In this document: positions 24,520-38,140 of the stretch, piece by piece
Layout: the number at the start of each line of letters is the position of its first letter
Position numbering within the stretch: the stretch's first letter is position 1
Notes under the pieces: model-generated
What the model was told of the DNA's origin: nothing
Database searches by the model: none
The model's input: only the letters and a program-made list of their open reading frames with translations
From: Moniliella sp. 'wahieum'
Taxonomy: Eukaryota
DNA length: 64,000 nucleotides
Assembly: GCA_003971905.1 (NCBI GenBank)
Contig: RSEE01000029.1
Location: 434,001 to 498,000 of the forward strand
Reading direction: 5' to 3'
Program-made: the position numbers and the translations under genes

Positions 24520-26475
24520 CTAGACGAAAAATTGGGTAAACATGCGCGACGAAGGGGCGACCGGCATCTCCTCCATCTTGTACGCGTTCAGTTCCTCTTT
24601 GATCTGCGCCAAGACGGAGGAGTGAGACGATTGGCAGTCGTTAGTTCTCCACGGCGATCGTAAATGTGAGCAGGCCAGGTAGAATGCATTTGCGCCCGAG
24701 GGGCAAACACGATCCGTCTCCCGCCTCCGCTCATGCTCTGCGCCGGAGACATGGCAAAACAGAAGCAGACGGCATACGAGGCGGGGGACTTGTTGTGGTC
24801 CCCAGGGGCGGCGGCGGGGTGCCTGCATGTAAAGGCAACGAGGCAGAAGGTGGGGTGGAGGTAAGCGAGGGAGGAGCGGACCCTTCCGGAGTCGGGACAG
24901 AGCTGAATGCGCCCTCCCGTTTCTTGAGGATGCTGCGAGGCGTCGGGGCTCGAGCGGCGGAAAGACGACCGCGCTCAATCCCCTCGGCCCATTGGCGGAG
25001 CGAGTCTGTCTCGTGTGCGACAGAGGGAGCGGAGGAGTCGGTGCCCAAGCTATGCAGACTGGCCACCGAGACGACGGAGCCGCTTGCGGGGTGATGGCGA
25101 TGGGGGGCGTAAGCGGAGCAGGAGCAGGAGCAGCGCGGGGTGGAGTGAGCACCTCGATGTTGGGGTCCAAAAGCGGATTGTCAGACAAATCCAGTGGGGG
25201 TAGCTCAGGGGCCCAAGATTGGTCCACGTCGTAAAAAGAAGACGCATTGCGTTCATCACGCTGTTCCTCTGTCCGGCGCTCGTCCCGCGCCAGGGCAGCT
25301 GAGGGAGCTGCATCCGCCTGAAGGTCCGCCGCATGGCGCAGAAGAGCATCCGACATCTCTTTTGAGCTGCGGGTAGAGGAAGAGCGTTGGGGGCCACCTT
25401 GCAAGGCGGCTACCTGGTTAGCACTTAGTGTTGGCCCAGAGGCAGTGGGCGCGGGTATCTTCTCCTCCCAAACACGCGGGCTGTCCATCGCGGCTTGTTG
25501 CCCTCTGCGACTTGAGCCGCTGTTTCTCTCGCTCCACCATCGCTTCCCGCGGGCTGAGTTCGGGGCCATGCTCCGATCCCGAGGAGGCTTGGTGCGACTG
25601 CACCGCGCTTGTTCAGCCTCTTGCATTTGCCGCACATAAAAGGCAGCAGGCGTAAGGCCTTGCCGCGTGGCCGCGGCCGCGTCCGACTCGATGGTCATGT
25701 GGGACACAGAGACACCCGCACTGGCGGCACGCGAGGTTTCCCCCGATGGAGAAATGGTGGTTGGAAGAGGGTGGCGTTTGTTTGGAGTGCGGAAGTAGTA
25801 GTAGTAGTAGCAGGAGGAGTAGGAGTAGTAGTAGTAGCAGGAGCAAGTGGGGAAAGTGTAGGGCGAACATCCTCCTTCTTTTGTCCTTGGAGAAGATGTT
25901 GGAGATGCCCATGATGGAGTGCTTACTCGCACGGGAGATCTTGGTGCGGCTGCGCGAGACGCCGGCGCCGATGGAATGGGCGCTGCGCCGGATCATGACG
26001 CTGGCGCTCGAGACAGTAGAGGAGATGGAGAGGCGGGAGGAAAGGGAGATGTTGTCGGTGGAGGCATTGAACTTGCGGTGGAAGACGCCGCGGCGGGGCG
26101 GGGCACCTGGATCGCCAGCAGGATCGGACCCGGCGGGGGGGGGAGGCCCTGAAAACGAGGGGGGCTGGTGGTCGAGGGTGGAAAAGGAGCCGATGGTGCT
26201 GGCGGCCCGAGGGAGGGCGACGGCCCAAAGTCAGTGCGGCGGCGGGGGTGTGTTGTAGGCAGCAGAAGTGGAGAGGGGCGGGCGGGAGGCGGGCAGCGTC
26301 CGGGGTGCGAGGGCAGAGAGGCGTCGGAGGGCAGGGGCGAGGGCTTGCGGCGCACATGGGGCATGCTCCCGGCCGGCAGGGACATGGGTGTGGGCAGCGC
26401 GGAGGCAGAAGAGGGCGGGGCGGCGGGGGCGGGGGAGGAGGGGTAGACGCGCAGGGGGGCAGCAGCGACCGACAT
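24520..26475 (-). CDS. Bni4/Phactr-like PP1 (Glc7) targeting subunit
   Basis: The C-terminus, read across frameshifts, is RSILKK...RRIVFAPRAQMHSTWPAHIYDRRGELTTANRLTP-VLAQIKEELNAYKMEEMPVAPSSRMFTQFFV, with SILK and RVxF motifs. The start is approximate. Confidence 0.78.
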
Positions 26476-27499
26476 GGCGCGTGGGCGGTTGGGGACGATG
26501 GGCGGGCAAAGGGAGGCGGCGGGCAGGCGCGAGCGCATGGCGCCGGCGCCCAAATTTTGGCCGCGGGTGGGAGCGGCGGGTTAGACGAGGACTGCTGGGA
26601 TGCATTAAAGTGGCCGCCCACCGCCACACGCCCCGTGCCCGGGCGGCCCACCCCCACCGGCCTGACCCGCCCACACTGCCGCCGTGCGCCCGCATGCTGC
26701 GCCGGCCGCAACCCTACCCGCCAGGGCCCCTTCCACGTGCCGATCACTGGCCAGCACGCATCGATCTGCATCACCCATCCATGCACGTGTCCCTCCGTCC
26801 ATCCCTCCCTCCCTCCATCTACGCCCTCCTCATCGCCTGGAAACGACGCTACGCCGCCGACGCGGCTTGCCTGCATCAACAACGGTCATGGCGGGAGGCA
26901 AGCCAAGGCGGAAGCCCATCAAATAAATGATGCGCATAATCATTAATCATGGTATCGTGGGTTGGGCGGAAGATCCGCACAGGAACAGTGTGGAGGGAAA
27001 CGCCAAGCTCATCCCACGTTGACTGGCAGCTCTTCTCATTGCGTTCTCCCACAATTGGAAGGCCAGGGCTAGTGACGTTGCCGCCAAGTCAAGGCCCTTT
27101 CGCCCTCCCCATTCGTTCCCAAACCGAATATCGCGCGTGTGACGGCCGACCGGCACACCACACCTGCAAAGAGAATCTTCACCGACTATGAATTAGTTCA
27201 TTTCTTGGTGTGCGGGGTCACAGTCTGCGGGGTCAGTGTGCGGAGTCAGTGTGTGGAGTCAGTGTGTGGAGTCAAACATTTTCTCATTAGTCTTGGTAGC
27301 ACCGTCGTCATTGCCACCAGGGGGGGAAACGGATTTCAGATGAGCACTCTCTTTCCTGCCGTACTCTTAGACTCTTCCCGCTAAATTCTCACCCCCCTGG
27401 ATCAAGCTTCTATCACGGGCGGGCCCGGCCAGGGGCTCGTTCAGGTTTGTAGGGTACAGCCCCTTAGCAGACGGAAGGACGACTTACGGTAGTTTCGGG

Positions 27500-29800
27500 T
27501 TTGGGCTAGTTGGTAGAGATCCGAATGGAGCTCGGAACGAGGAGAGGCCTTTTGTACGTGAAGCGGAGGCGGCTGCATGATGTGTGGCAAGGCTGCGTGC
27601 ACCCCGGCTCGGACGGGAGTACTAACGTGTCTTATTAAGCCTCCGGGCCATGAGGAAGGGTACAGAAGCAGTGGAGGACAACACTGCCATCAGAGCTGGG
27701 ACTGAACAGAGCAGTTGACAGGGTGGCTGGAAAGGAACCCGCGCGACAAGGTGGTACCGGGACTCGACGCGGCTAACGAAAGGCTCGCGCGACAGGGCGG
27801 ATGGAACGGGTTTATTAGGTGAGAAGTCGGAAGATGAGGAGGCAATTAAGTGGAGACCAGGTTGCCTGGACCGAATCAATTGGCTGGAAACGGTCAGGAG
27901 TTGGACAGGTGAGGAAAGTATCCCCATCAACCACAAGGGTACAGGCTATAGATCGAAACTGAAAAATAGATGCAATATACTAGGGGTATAAAAAGTGTAA
28001 CGGAGTTGCTGGCTTCCCAGGCGGGACCTTCCCTGCCAATCGGAGACAAGACTCACGGAGGACTGATCGCGTTTCAGATCGAATGTCCAAGGAACAAAAC
28101 ACGGGCGTGAACGTAGGAGGGTCGCGAATATAGCTTTGCTGTTCGTCGGGCAGATCCAGGCAGCGTGAGCAAAGGAGGTTGCACGTTGGAGGGCTGGATG
28201 AGGAAGCGGGGAGCTCCGATGGGCGAGGGAGGACAAGTGAGCTGATCGAAAAGGTATAGTTCTTCTAGAATGGAGCTTGCCTAATAGAAGAAGGGTGAGG
28301 GGAAAGAATTGTGAATGACTTAGGCCATCACGATTGGGTCTAAGAACAGGCTGGTTTTATAGAAGAGAAGGGAATCAAAGGAAAGACGAACAGGTCTGCA
28401 GCAAAAGGGGAAAAAGTCAAAGGGAAGAAGTCAGGATCAAGCACGAGAGGCACGAGGTGAGAGACGAGGCGAGGGTCAAGGGCCAAAAACGGACCCGATA
28501 CCAGAAACGGAAGAGTCGAAACCATATATAGTTTTGGGTTTTAGACGTGCGCGAGCGGAGAAGAGACGATTGTTGTGTGGGTGTTGTAGGCAGGCCGAGA
28601 ATCCGAATCACGATAGCGAGAGCGATAGCGAACGATAGAGAACTTGACTATAGTGATAGGAAGAGGAGCCAAGAAGAGAGGGACGATAAGGGAGTGAAAG
28701 TGGCTGTGTGCAAGGCGACTTATCGTCGCCCCGTGACAGAAAGGAAAAAGACATGTCGAAAAGGAGGGATCGGTTGCAACAGGCGCGAAGGACAAAGATA
28801 GAGTAAGTGGGGACGGGAAGACAGTCCTCACAGAGATACCGGGAACTTGTTGGCCTCATGTAGGCCAACCGAATTCGACTTGGGCGGGTTGGGAGAAGAA
28901 ACTCTTGTCGCGGGGATGTGCGTGACCGTTTGCCACCGTACATGGTTTCCACAACATCACATCAAACTTGGCTGGACTTCGGAGCGCGCCATACTGGGGA
29001 TGTGCATAGCAGGCGGGCCTCTTATCTTGGACCATATCAGCATCGCCACACGAGCGAGATGCAGCTCTCCTTTCTTCTGCTCTTTCCAAAGACAAAGTCT
29101 TATAGTCATAGCAGGGACGATATCTTTGGGGGTGTGGGCACTTCTGCCTCGGCTCTTTCGCGGCTTCCCGGGAATTCAACTCGCCAAACAAGGTAGGGGG
29201 TAGCAAGGTCATGACCAGTGTAAGCGTAAAAACGTACCGCCAAATCGAAAATGCGACGACGCATGGTTGACCAAGTCGGCTTCAGGAACACCGTCAACAG
29301 AACTTGGACAAACTTTTGTCACACGACCGAGATATGGGCCAGGAGTTGTCCGTCAAAAGGGAACTCTTCCAGACCTCCGGGGAACAAGCCGCTTGCGGAC
29401 GGAAAACCAAGCCTAAATCCTTATTGTTGCCGATCCTGCTCTAGGGATGCAGACAAACCCATACCGCGAAGAGTCATTTGTACCATTTCTGTCAGTGGCG
29501 AGTCAGTATAGCAAAAAGTAATCCTGGGGTGTGCGGCGAGAGCTGATGGTCCTGACCTTTTTGTGCTCCAGCAAGCGTTTGAAATGCTGGCGTGGTTTGG
29601 ACACGGTAAAGCCCCTAGCCAACGATTCCTGCTTCGCATTGCTTGACAAAAGACCACCCGAAGAGTCTGATATCGCATAGACTTTCCTCGATAAGATGCA
29701 TGTTGCCCTTGTAACGAGCGGATCGATGAAATACGGATCCAATTCTCGGGAAAAGGGCCACATCAGAGGGGGAATGCAGCAAATTCGTCCTGATTAACGG
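27500..29800 (-). mobile_element. Highly degenerate retroelement-like relic
   Basis: Broken ORFs carry weak RT-like words (RYRPCYDYKTL, HPQYGALR) and weak tyrosine-recombinase-like words (LKRDQ, LSREPFVSRV). A purine-skewed LTR-like block lies at ~28330-28830. Confidence 0.3.
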
Positions 29801-30724
29801 AGCTCTCTTCATCAGTGCCCATTGTGCGGGGAACAAGGTGTCAGCGTCAAGACCCAGCGCAAAACTTATTAGTTGTTCATCGTCGTCGTCTGCGGGTTCA
29901 ATTGACCCCGCATAATCATTTCACGAACCAACACGGGAACGAGGGGGGGGAGGAGGGACTACAACATAACTCTCGGTTCGTAATACTCCTTTTTCCCTCT
30001 CCTCCGTCGGAGCGCTGCCGGAATCGCTGTTGACCCCATTGGTGCCACAGGTGGTCTTCAGGGGACGGTTCGTCACCTTCGAAAGCAGTCTCCACCACGG
30101 GCTCCGGTTCAGGGTTAGTTCATATTACGTCGTGTGTCCCTCGGGCGGCGAGCGGTGTTGTTGGTGCGAGATGCCAGGGACGTCCTGATGGTGCGGGAGG
30201 GAGGCATTGTAGAGTGGCAGTACTGGCTCAACAGAAACATGGCGGGAAAGGTGGTGGGTGGGGGCATGCAGCTCGCCTAAAAGGGATGCAGCTGTGTGGT
30301 CGCTTCCCCACCAGGGGTCGGATTCCCAAGGGTCGATCGAACTGAGATTTGCGGAGCGTGAATTGACTTTACCACCTCAAATTGAGGCCTGGGGCCGCTC
30401 TTTCAGCGATCATCCTGCATCACCCCCAAAACAGAAGCATGGGCTGGAAGAACACGCTGTGCTGCCCTGCGACGTGAGGCGGCTGAAGCCCGTGCGGGGC
30501 AGGGTCGCTCCGACGAAGCATGTTAAAGTACGTTAAACGTTAAACGTTAAACGTTAATGGTCACCGCTCACTGGTAGCCGTTACCCTCAGCCTTCGGGCT
30601 CCGGCTGGGTGCTCAGCGAGCGCCCAGCCCTGCAAAATAAGATCCGCATACTGCCTGGCATGGGGAGAATAGGTAAACGGACAGACAGATCATGTTGAGC
30701 CATCCGGTGGCTCGTGCTTTGGCC

Positions 30725-30935
30725 AATGTCCCTTCAGTTCCTCTCAGGCCTGGGAGTTCTGTTGTTTTCTCTCTCCTGTTTTCCTGTTCCGCAGCTTAAC
30801 CCCTGGTGGCGACTCTGCTTGCTGTTCCTTTGTAGGTGTTGCTGGTTGGCTTAGACACCACCACACCAGAGCGATTGCATCACCCTCAAAGACCATCCAC
30901 ACTCCAGGTCTCATCAGTTCAAGCCCACTTCCGGA
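30725..30935 (+). repeat. Dispersed repeat copy A (homologous to 37911-38140)
   Basis: AATGTCCCTTCAGTTCCTC..GGAGTT..TGTTTTCTCTCTC..CCGCAGC..CCCCTG.TGGCGACTCT..ACCAG.GCGA.TGCATC.CCCT is shared and collinear between the copies. Confidence 0.85.
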
Positions 30936-33900
30936 CAGAGACACTGTTCACCTAGCTGAACTCTCCTACAGCGACACCATCACCATTCCCCAAGAAACAA
31001 AATCTGCCAGCCGCATGCGATATCGCCAGAACCTTCCCTCAATGGCAAGGAAACAAGAGGGCACAATTCCTTCGCCCCAGGTGCGCCGAATCTGATCGCT
31101 CAATGCTTGGCTGATATCGGATCAAAAGAACGCCTGGTACGCTCCCTCCGCAAAACATTTGGCGATTCAATGGTTGCTCGAGGCTAACCGCGCGTGCATT
31201 GCCTGACAGGATATGTTACCTTCAAAACCATCGATCAGCCAAATCTTGGTTTAAATCGGTACTATTCGGCATGTTGTGCATCTCAAGCTGTCCTGGTGGA
31301 GTACGCATTGAAACCCCTCCAAAGGGCCACAGCAACCTCAATTTGCGCCTGGGCAAGCGAGCACAGAGCAGCGCGAAGCCTACATACTGGCCCAAGTGAT
31401 AAGCTCAACGCCGCCAGGTTGCTGTGGGTGCGGCTCCTTCAGCATACCTCCAGGAGGGGGTGAGACGGCGTAGGCCCATTACGCGGACCATTCGCCCATC
31501 CCACGCATCTGTTTTGGACGCTACCAAAGAGGATGAAGAGGCTCAATAGGAATGCCGCATCAACTGTGAAGCAGGTGTATATGAACCACCAGCGGCGAAG
31601 AAAAACTCTATCTGTTGGGTATATAGAGCACTGGAACACCCGTGGCGTTGATATTTAGTAGCTAGCATGCATGCTATAATAACAGTGGAGGAGACGATGT
31701 CTGCCTTTTGTTCGCCTTCTACCCTTTTGGTTTGTGCTTCGCAGCGGAGGCTCTCTGATCCTACGGCTGCTATCGCAGCTCGATGGCGTAGTGGTTAGAA
31801 GAGCCAGAACATGGAAATTCTTATACAAAGTCCGCAGCCGTGTAGAATACATTGCGCCTTTCACAGCTACTAAACCCAGTTATTCTGTGTGCCCCCATCG
31901 CTCTCACTGTCGTTTCAAAAGTGCCTGTGCGCCGATAGTCCTATAGGGGTTACACTTGGTTAGAGGAGCCGTGTTCGTTAAAGTCGTAAGACCACAATTG
32001 AAGGGGTCCAGGGTCTCCGAAGTTACTCTGTTCCTTGCGGCGCGTTACCACACTCGGTACGATAGTTGGTGGGAAAGACAGAGTCCTAAAGAAGAGCAAG
32101 CGCTCAGACCAGTGACTGTAATCGCGACTTGCAGAGTGCTCGACGTAAGTCGTAAATTCGTAAGCGTATAAAGGTGAAGAATGGAGAGGGAAGTCGGGGG
32201 TACAGACGTGAATTGACGTAGGTAGACGTGGGTATAGACGGGGGTTGGGCGGTGAGGATCACCGCCAGCAAGCCTCAGACTGGGCTGTTAGTATACTTAT
32301 ACCGTATCATCAGAATAGGCATCAACAGATGGAAGGGGAGTCTACAATAGTAAAAGGTAAAGGGTGGCCTGTTCTGCCTGGCAGACTGCGATCCGGTGGG
32401 CCGCAGTCGATGTGGAGTTCTATCAAGACCGACGACGCCGCGGATAGAAGCCTCATACCGCTAAGTCCAGTCCTTTCCTGGTCTCCGCGGTAAGTGGTCC
32501 GTGCTGACTCTTTAGTACTCACAAATGTCAAGGGGCTGGCGTGTGCTTCGATGAGAGTTCTACGAAATGGGGGCTCGGTTTCCGGAGAGATGACCGGAGG
32601 CGCCCCATAATCATGGCAGTGACGGGTGGGCGCTGGCTGGCGGTGGGTGCCAGCGGAGCGCGCCTATCCCCTCTGCCAGCCTCCCCAGGCCCGTGTAGTC
32701 GTGCGGGCGAACATTGTAGGCGAGACAGCGGAGCCCTACTCTCCCCAAGTCCCAGCGAAGCGAGCACTGGCCGGCGGTCACCACCAACAACGCCTCTACC
32801 CCCTCCATTTCCCTCATCCCAAGATGGCTTGACTTGGAACCCCGACGACGGAAGGAAAGAGGGGCATGTGAGCAGGAACTCCTTTGGATGGCATGCCAAC
32901 GATCGAAGGAGAGGGGGACGTGCCAAGTATCCAAAGCATTCACTCAAAGCTTCAAGTTTGATCGTCGGCGCAGGCATGCGGTGTTCCTCTGCACCCGTCT
33001 CTATCTGTTCCGTTGTTTTCCCTTGTTTCCTCTTTAGCCCATGTCTGTAAGCAATGGTTGGTGGATTCCCTCACTGTCCATCGTTGGCTCTCTCCCAATT
33101 TTCCTCGCCAACTGATCATTCCACTACAAGCAACACCTCCTCTAGTTGCCCCCCCGGTTCTCGACTTCGCCTCCATGGATCTCCGATCCCGCCTCAGTTT
33201 TTAGCCAATCAAATCGGGGGAGCGCTCTTGGGGCTACATCCAGTCCGTCCTTTTGCCCGTTAGTCACGAGACCTCTTTAGACTTATGTCATCATGTGACA
33301 CCATGTGGGGGGATGACACGACCGCCTTTGTGCCAATTGTAAACTGCACACACCGTTGCTCTGTAAGAGTGTATACTCGGGGAAGGCTGGTTCTGGCCAG
33401 TGTTACATTGGGTCGAGCCGACACCTTGTTTAGCAAATACCCCTTAAAACTTTATACGATCCACCACCAAAGAACACCTAATCGTTAAAGCTGTACCTTA
33501 TCGCACTGTTTGTTTTTGAAAAGGATCAAAGACTGACTTCAACACATGATGCCCAGAATATATTTCGACCTTGGATTGCATTCAGAGTCCATCCAGACAA
33601 AATCAACATCGGATTGCCTCCTGCCGATGAATGGGGTAAATGGTTTGTAGATCAACTTACAACTAACATAGCCGGTTTTGACATGTGCATCACAGGTTAC
33701 TGTTGTGCTGATGAATTGGGTGTTACACTGGTGCATGCAACCAGTTGAACTGCAGGCGGCAGCAGCAGTGTTCTTATTTTCTCGTGCCTCTGTCATCTTG
33801 TGAATGAGAGTATAGTCTTGTGGGAGCTACGTAGGAATGTTATGTATGACTTTTCCACCTCCAGTCCCAGTAGTTGCACAATAGTTACGATTCTCTGTTA

Positions 33901-36900
33901 GATGCCGAACTATACACAAAGCGTCACGGGCGAGTGCGCTACCATTAGATGTAGTAATGGCAATCGAATTATTGTCGCCGTTGGCCTCAAATTCGTTCCC
34001 GTGGGCTCCCTCTCCGCATGTCATCAGCTGAACGGCGGCATATGTCATGTTACCATGCGGCTCCTGTTCCCACCTCCCTTTGACCAAAGATCAGATTGCC
34101 ATTCTATTAAGTGCTATGTTTCTATTGAGACCTACATGAAGTCAGAGCAGATGAGGTTGAAAGCCGTGAACGTGTCAATAGGCATGCCAAGTTGGGTAGC
34201 GTGGTGAAGGGCGAGACAAACATTCCAAACATCTCCCTGATCCAGACTTGGACAATAAGACTTCCAGAAAGCATGAAAGTGTAGTCAATGAGGAGGCCGT
34301 AACAATTCGATGCACCCCCGGCGCTTAACATGAACAGGTGGGTCCAATGCAAATAGTGACACCTAATAGGGAGGAAAAATCATTTTTTTGCAAGTCACCG
34401 TTTCTGCACTTCCCACCACCTTGTCTGTGGTCCGCCAGTAGAGCTGAGATATCTGCATCCCAATGAACACATAATGCACAGATCATCTGGGAGCGAGTAA
34501 TATCTACCAATCTATTCAACCCATCCTTTTGCAATCAAGTGTATTCTCGACCGATGGAAAAAAATAGTCGATTTCGCGGAACAACACTCATGAACTCCGT
34601 CCACATGACAATTTGTTGGTTCGTGTGAGAAGCCCAGAGCCAATATGTAACGCCTGGGGTGACATCGAACTCGTTGTCGACTACGTCCTGATGCACGTGA
34701 TATATTCGCTACAATCAATTACGGCTGAATTCCCTTTCAGCCTCTATGCGCTGCTGCGATAAGTTATAGCTCTCGACAGATGTCATTAACAATGCTCATT
34801 GCGTGACAGTAGAAGGTAGGGATGGCACAGACTAAAAGAAATAAGTCATCAATAACGCAGCCATATCCGGAACACTACCCACCAGTTGTGACTTCAAGTC
34901 GTGCTCGTGGCTAGGAGTAAGGTTCACATCGGGTGATCACTAAAATGTTGACTAGGTGCTTTGATCAACTGAGGAAGGAATCTACTGATGGCAAGTCTGA
35001 ATACAAATTTGACGGCCCAGGTACTCTGAGTCAAGCAATGAATTAAGAATGAATGTATTCAGAGCGAAAAGGCATGCCAACCGGTGAATCGGTTGCGACA
35101 GACCCTTCCCGTTGTTTCCCTTGTTCCACGTTGTCGAGTTGAAAGCGTTGCAAACGGGGAAAGAACATGTAGCACAATCCTCTCTCACATTGGGAAAGCA
35201 AATATCAAATAACAATCCTCCTGATCTCTTATGCTGACTAGTTGGTGCAGTGATTCAGTCCATCTTTGATTGGAATGGACTGTTGCAGTTCGTACCATCG
35301 AATTACCTTTTCGATTAAGAGCCTAAGGTTCATCAGTCCTAGAATTCTGATGGCCTATTGAGATTGAGTGGGACAAGGGCGGTGCAATCGGGCGGATTCG
35401 GGTTGTCCATAGTCTAGGATCGGATATTCCGTCAAGGGACATGATCATCGTCGGTCTGATAGTGGCAGCGCCGCTTGCTCCAATCATTGGCAGCAAAGAT
35501 TGGAACGGGGGGGTGATTTGTGCCTGCTTGTCAACCATCGTTCACCGGTATGATGTCTTGGTTCAAGGTTCTGCGCAGATAAGTTCGTCATTGAGGAGTT
35601 GCTGTGCGTTCACCACGAGATGGCTAACACCAAGAAACATACATTGCTTTTACTATCCTGTTTCATCATTACTAGTGCTCGAAGACGAAATCGATCGTGT
35701 TCCCTAAAATGCGAACCGTCTACGGAGGACCGCAGCACTGTTCGAAGTTGAAGACACGGGTTATTTTGCAGCTAACTTGGGGATGGAGGGGGTAACGTAT
35801 AGCATTCGCTGCATACTCCCACAAGGGCTACGATCCATTTACAGCAAAGGTTCAGAATAAAGAAAAAAATAAACCCCTGCTGCAGTGCCGACTTGTCGCA
35901 TGTCCCTGCGTAGCTCGCAATTAATCGGCGCAGCATATATGAAGCGTATTGCAATGTTGATAATCATCAGTCGACTAATGTTACCCTTTCTTTTGGGCAC
36001 AACGTCGTTTGGACAGAAGCGTCGATTCTATATCGGTCATTAACAACTGGTGATACTTGGTATTTAGGTGTGGTGGGAATTTTGAATGAATGGAATACCG
36101 TGTCTTGCGAAGTGTCGTGCGCTTTGGAACCCGTACACCCCCCGACCGTCCTAGCCTGACGGTACCCTATTGTACCACATACAGGTATAGCCTTGTTGAG
36201 CATCAGCTTGCACTGCGCTCTCGCTTGGGGTGTGAGGGGAAGATATTTATTCTTGGTCTCAGCAACAACATTGAATGTTGGCGACATGACGGGGTTGCAA
36301 AATATATCTATACAGATGGTCATCTATTGAAGTCCGGTGGGGCTTACCCAACCAGTGTTTTATACCTTTCCAACACTTTTGCTGGTAGGACAGGGAAGCG
36401 CCCTCTTGCTTGTTAGGTTGTGTTTCCGTAATCTACATTTCTTTAGCAGACGGTCATTCATTATTATGGACGAGAACGAAACGAAAGACACAGAGGGAGT
36501 AGTCACAAGCTTCCGTATCTTAGCAGATGAGGAGGATCGTTACTGGTACACAACCACGCATGGCGTCGATGTGAAACTATATAACAATCCGATTCCTTTC
36601 TATTAAAGCTACTTTCTACCATTGGATGAAGCTACCCACTTGCGCATACTAAATTTGTACATAAAGAGGTAGGAAGAGGATGGTGGATGGTATTCAGAGG
36701 TGAGGCAGTACAGGAAGTCTGCACGCGAAAGTCGAACTGGGCGAACTGAGACTAAAAGCTAGAGCAAAGCTCACCTGGGACTGGATACTGGAAAACCGCT
36801 AAACACCGAGCGGCTGATAAGCTGGAGTGGGAGATGGGTTGCGGAGAGGGAAAACAGATAAACGAAGAGAAGAGAGGAGACGAGGAGTTGCCCCTAGCTG

Positions 36901-37910
36901 TATGAGTTAACTAAAATGGGGACGCCAAGCAATCGTGGGTGACCGGTGAACCCACAAAAAACATCCCATACACAGGCAGGGACAAAGGTGGAAACAGCAC
37001 TGCAAAAGAAGAACGGAGGTATCACAGCGGATCAACGAAATCGATTTAAAATATCAGCGGCTGACATCGGCGACGTGTTTGCATGGTTTGAAGGAAATGA
37101 TGTCAGCGGGCGTCGCAAAGAGGTCGTTGATGTCAGCGACGACGCGCAAAAGAGGTCGTTGATGTCAATGATGTGCAAGCGCGGGGGGCCAACTGCCGGC
37201 TACATGTGAAGCTTTGCATCGTTTCGAAATCCCACCCGGCCACACCATTTCGTGTCTTCTGCTAGCAAATGCTACCAGAACCACCTAGTCAACACGCGTC
37301 CTTCCTATACGCGCTCACGGTAGCTGGCCGAGGGCAGGGAATCGATTTGGAGTAGTCGCAGCACGCAAGGGTGTGCTCTACGGGGACATGCGTCTTCAGA
37401 TTAGCCAGGGGAACATCGGCAATCAGTGGTGTGGCCAAGATCTAGTCGTCAGGTAAATCATGTGGAAGCTCATTTCATGTAGACCAACTAAAGGCAGGCC
37501 ATGGTGTTGGATGAGGCCGGAAATTGGGCCCCACTGGTCCGTGTAGTATATACGTCCTTCATCGCAGTGTTCTGACTCCGCCGGATACTCATTGGACCAG
37601 ATCAATTGTCGGTGGTCGCAGAATGACCTCGTCGTACGGACCAGAGCGAACGACACCACTGTTCGACAATGAACACGGGTAGCGACAGGTTTTACATTTG
37701 CGGACCGGCTTGCCCTTCAACTGTTCCTTCAAGCAAAAGTCCACCTTTTGCTTAATGAACGCTGTGTTGCGTGTGCAACCTGTCCCAATGTTCCGGAAGA
37801 TTCAAATGGCTGTTATACAACTGGTCCCGCAGTATCGTCGGGCGATCCTGAGTCGCAGCACTCCATATCATTTGCATAAAGTATTAAATCGGGTGGTTCG
37901 TGCTGTGGCG

Positions 37911-38140
37911 AATGTCCCTTCAGTTCCTCCTCAGGCCAGTAGGAGTTCCGGTGTTTTCTCTCTCATGTTTTTTCTTGTCCCGCAGCATAGCCCCTGATGG
38001 CGACTCTCTGCTGCTTCATGTTCCTGTGTTTCAGCCACATTGGTGGTTGCCACACCTCCACCACCACCACCACCAGTGCGACTGCATCGCCCTGGAGAAC
38101 CATCAGGATTCCCGGTCTCTTCATAGAGGTTAAGGTTCCG
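37911..38140 (+). repeat. Dispersed repeat copy B (homologous to 30725-30935)
   Basis: Same collinear blocks as copy A, with substitutions and indels. Confidence 0.85.
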
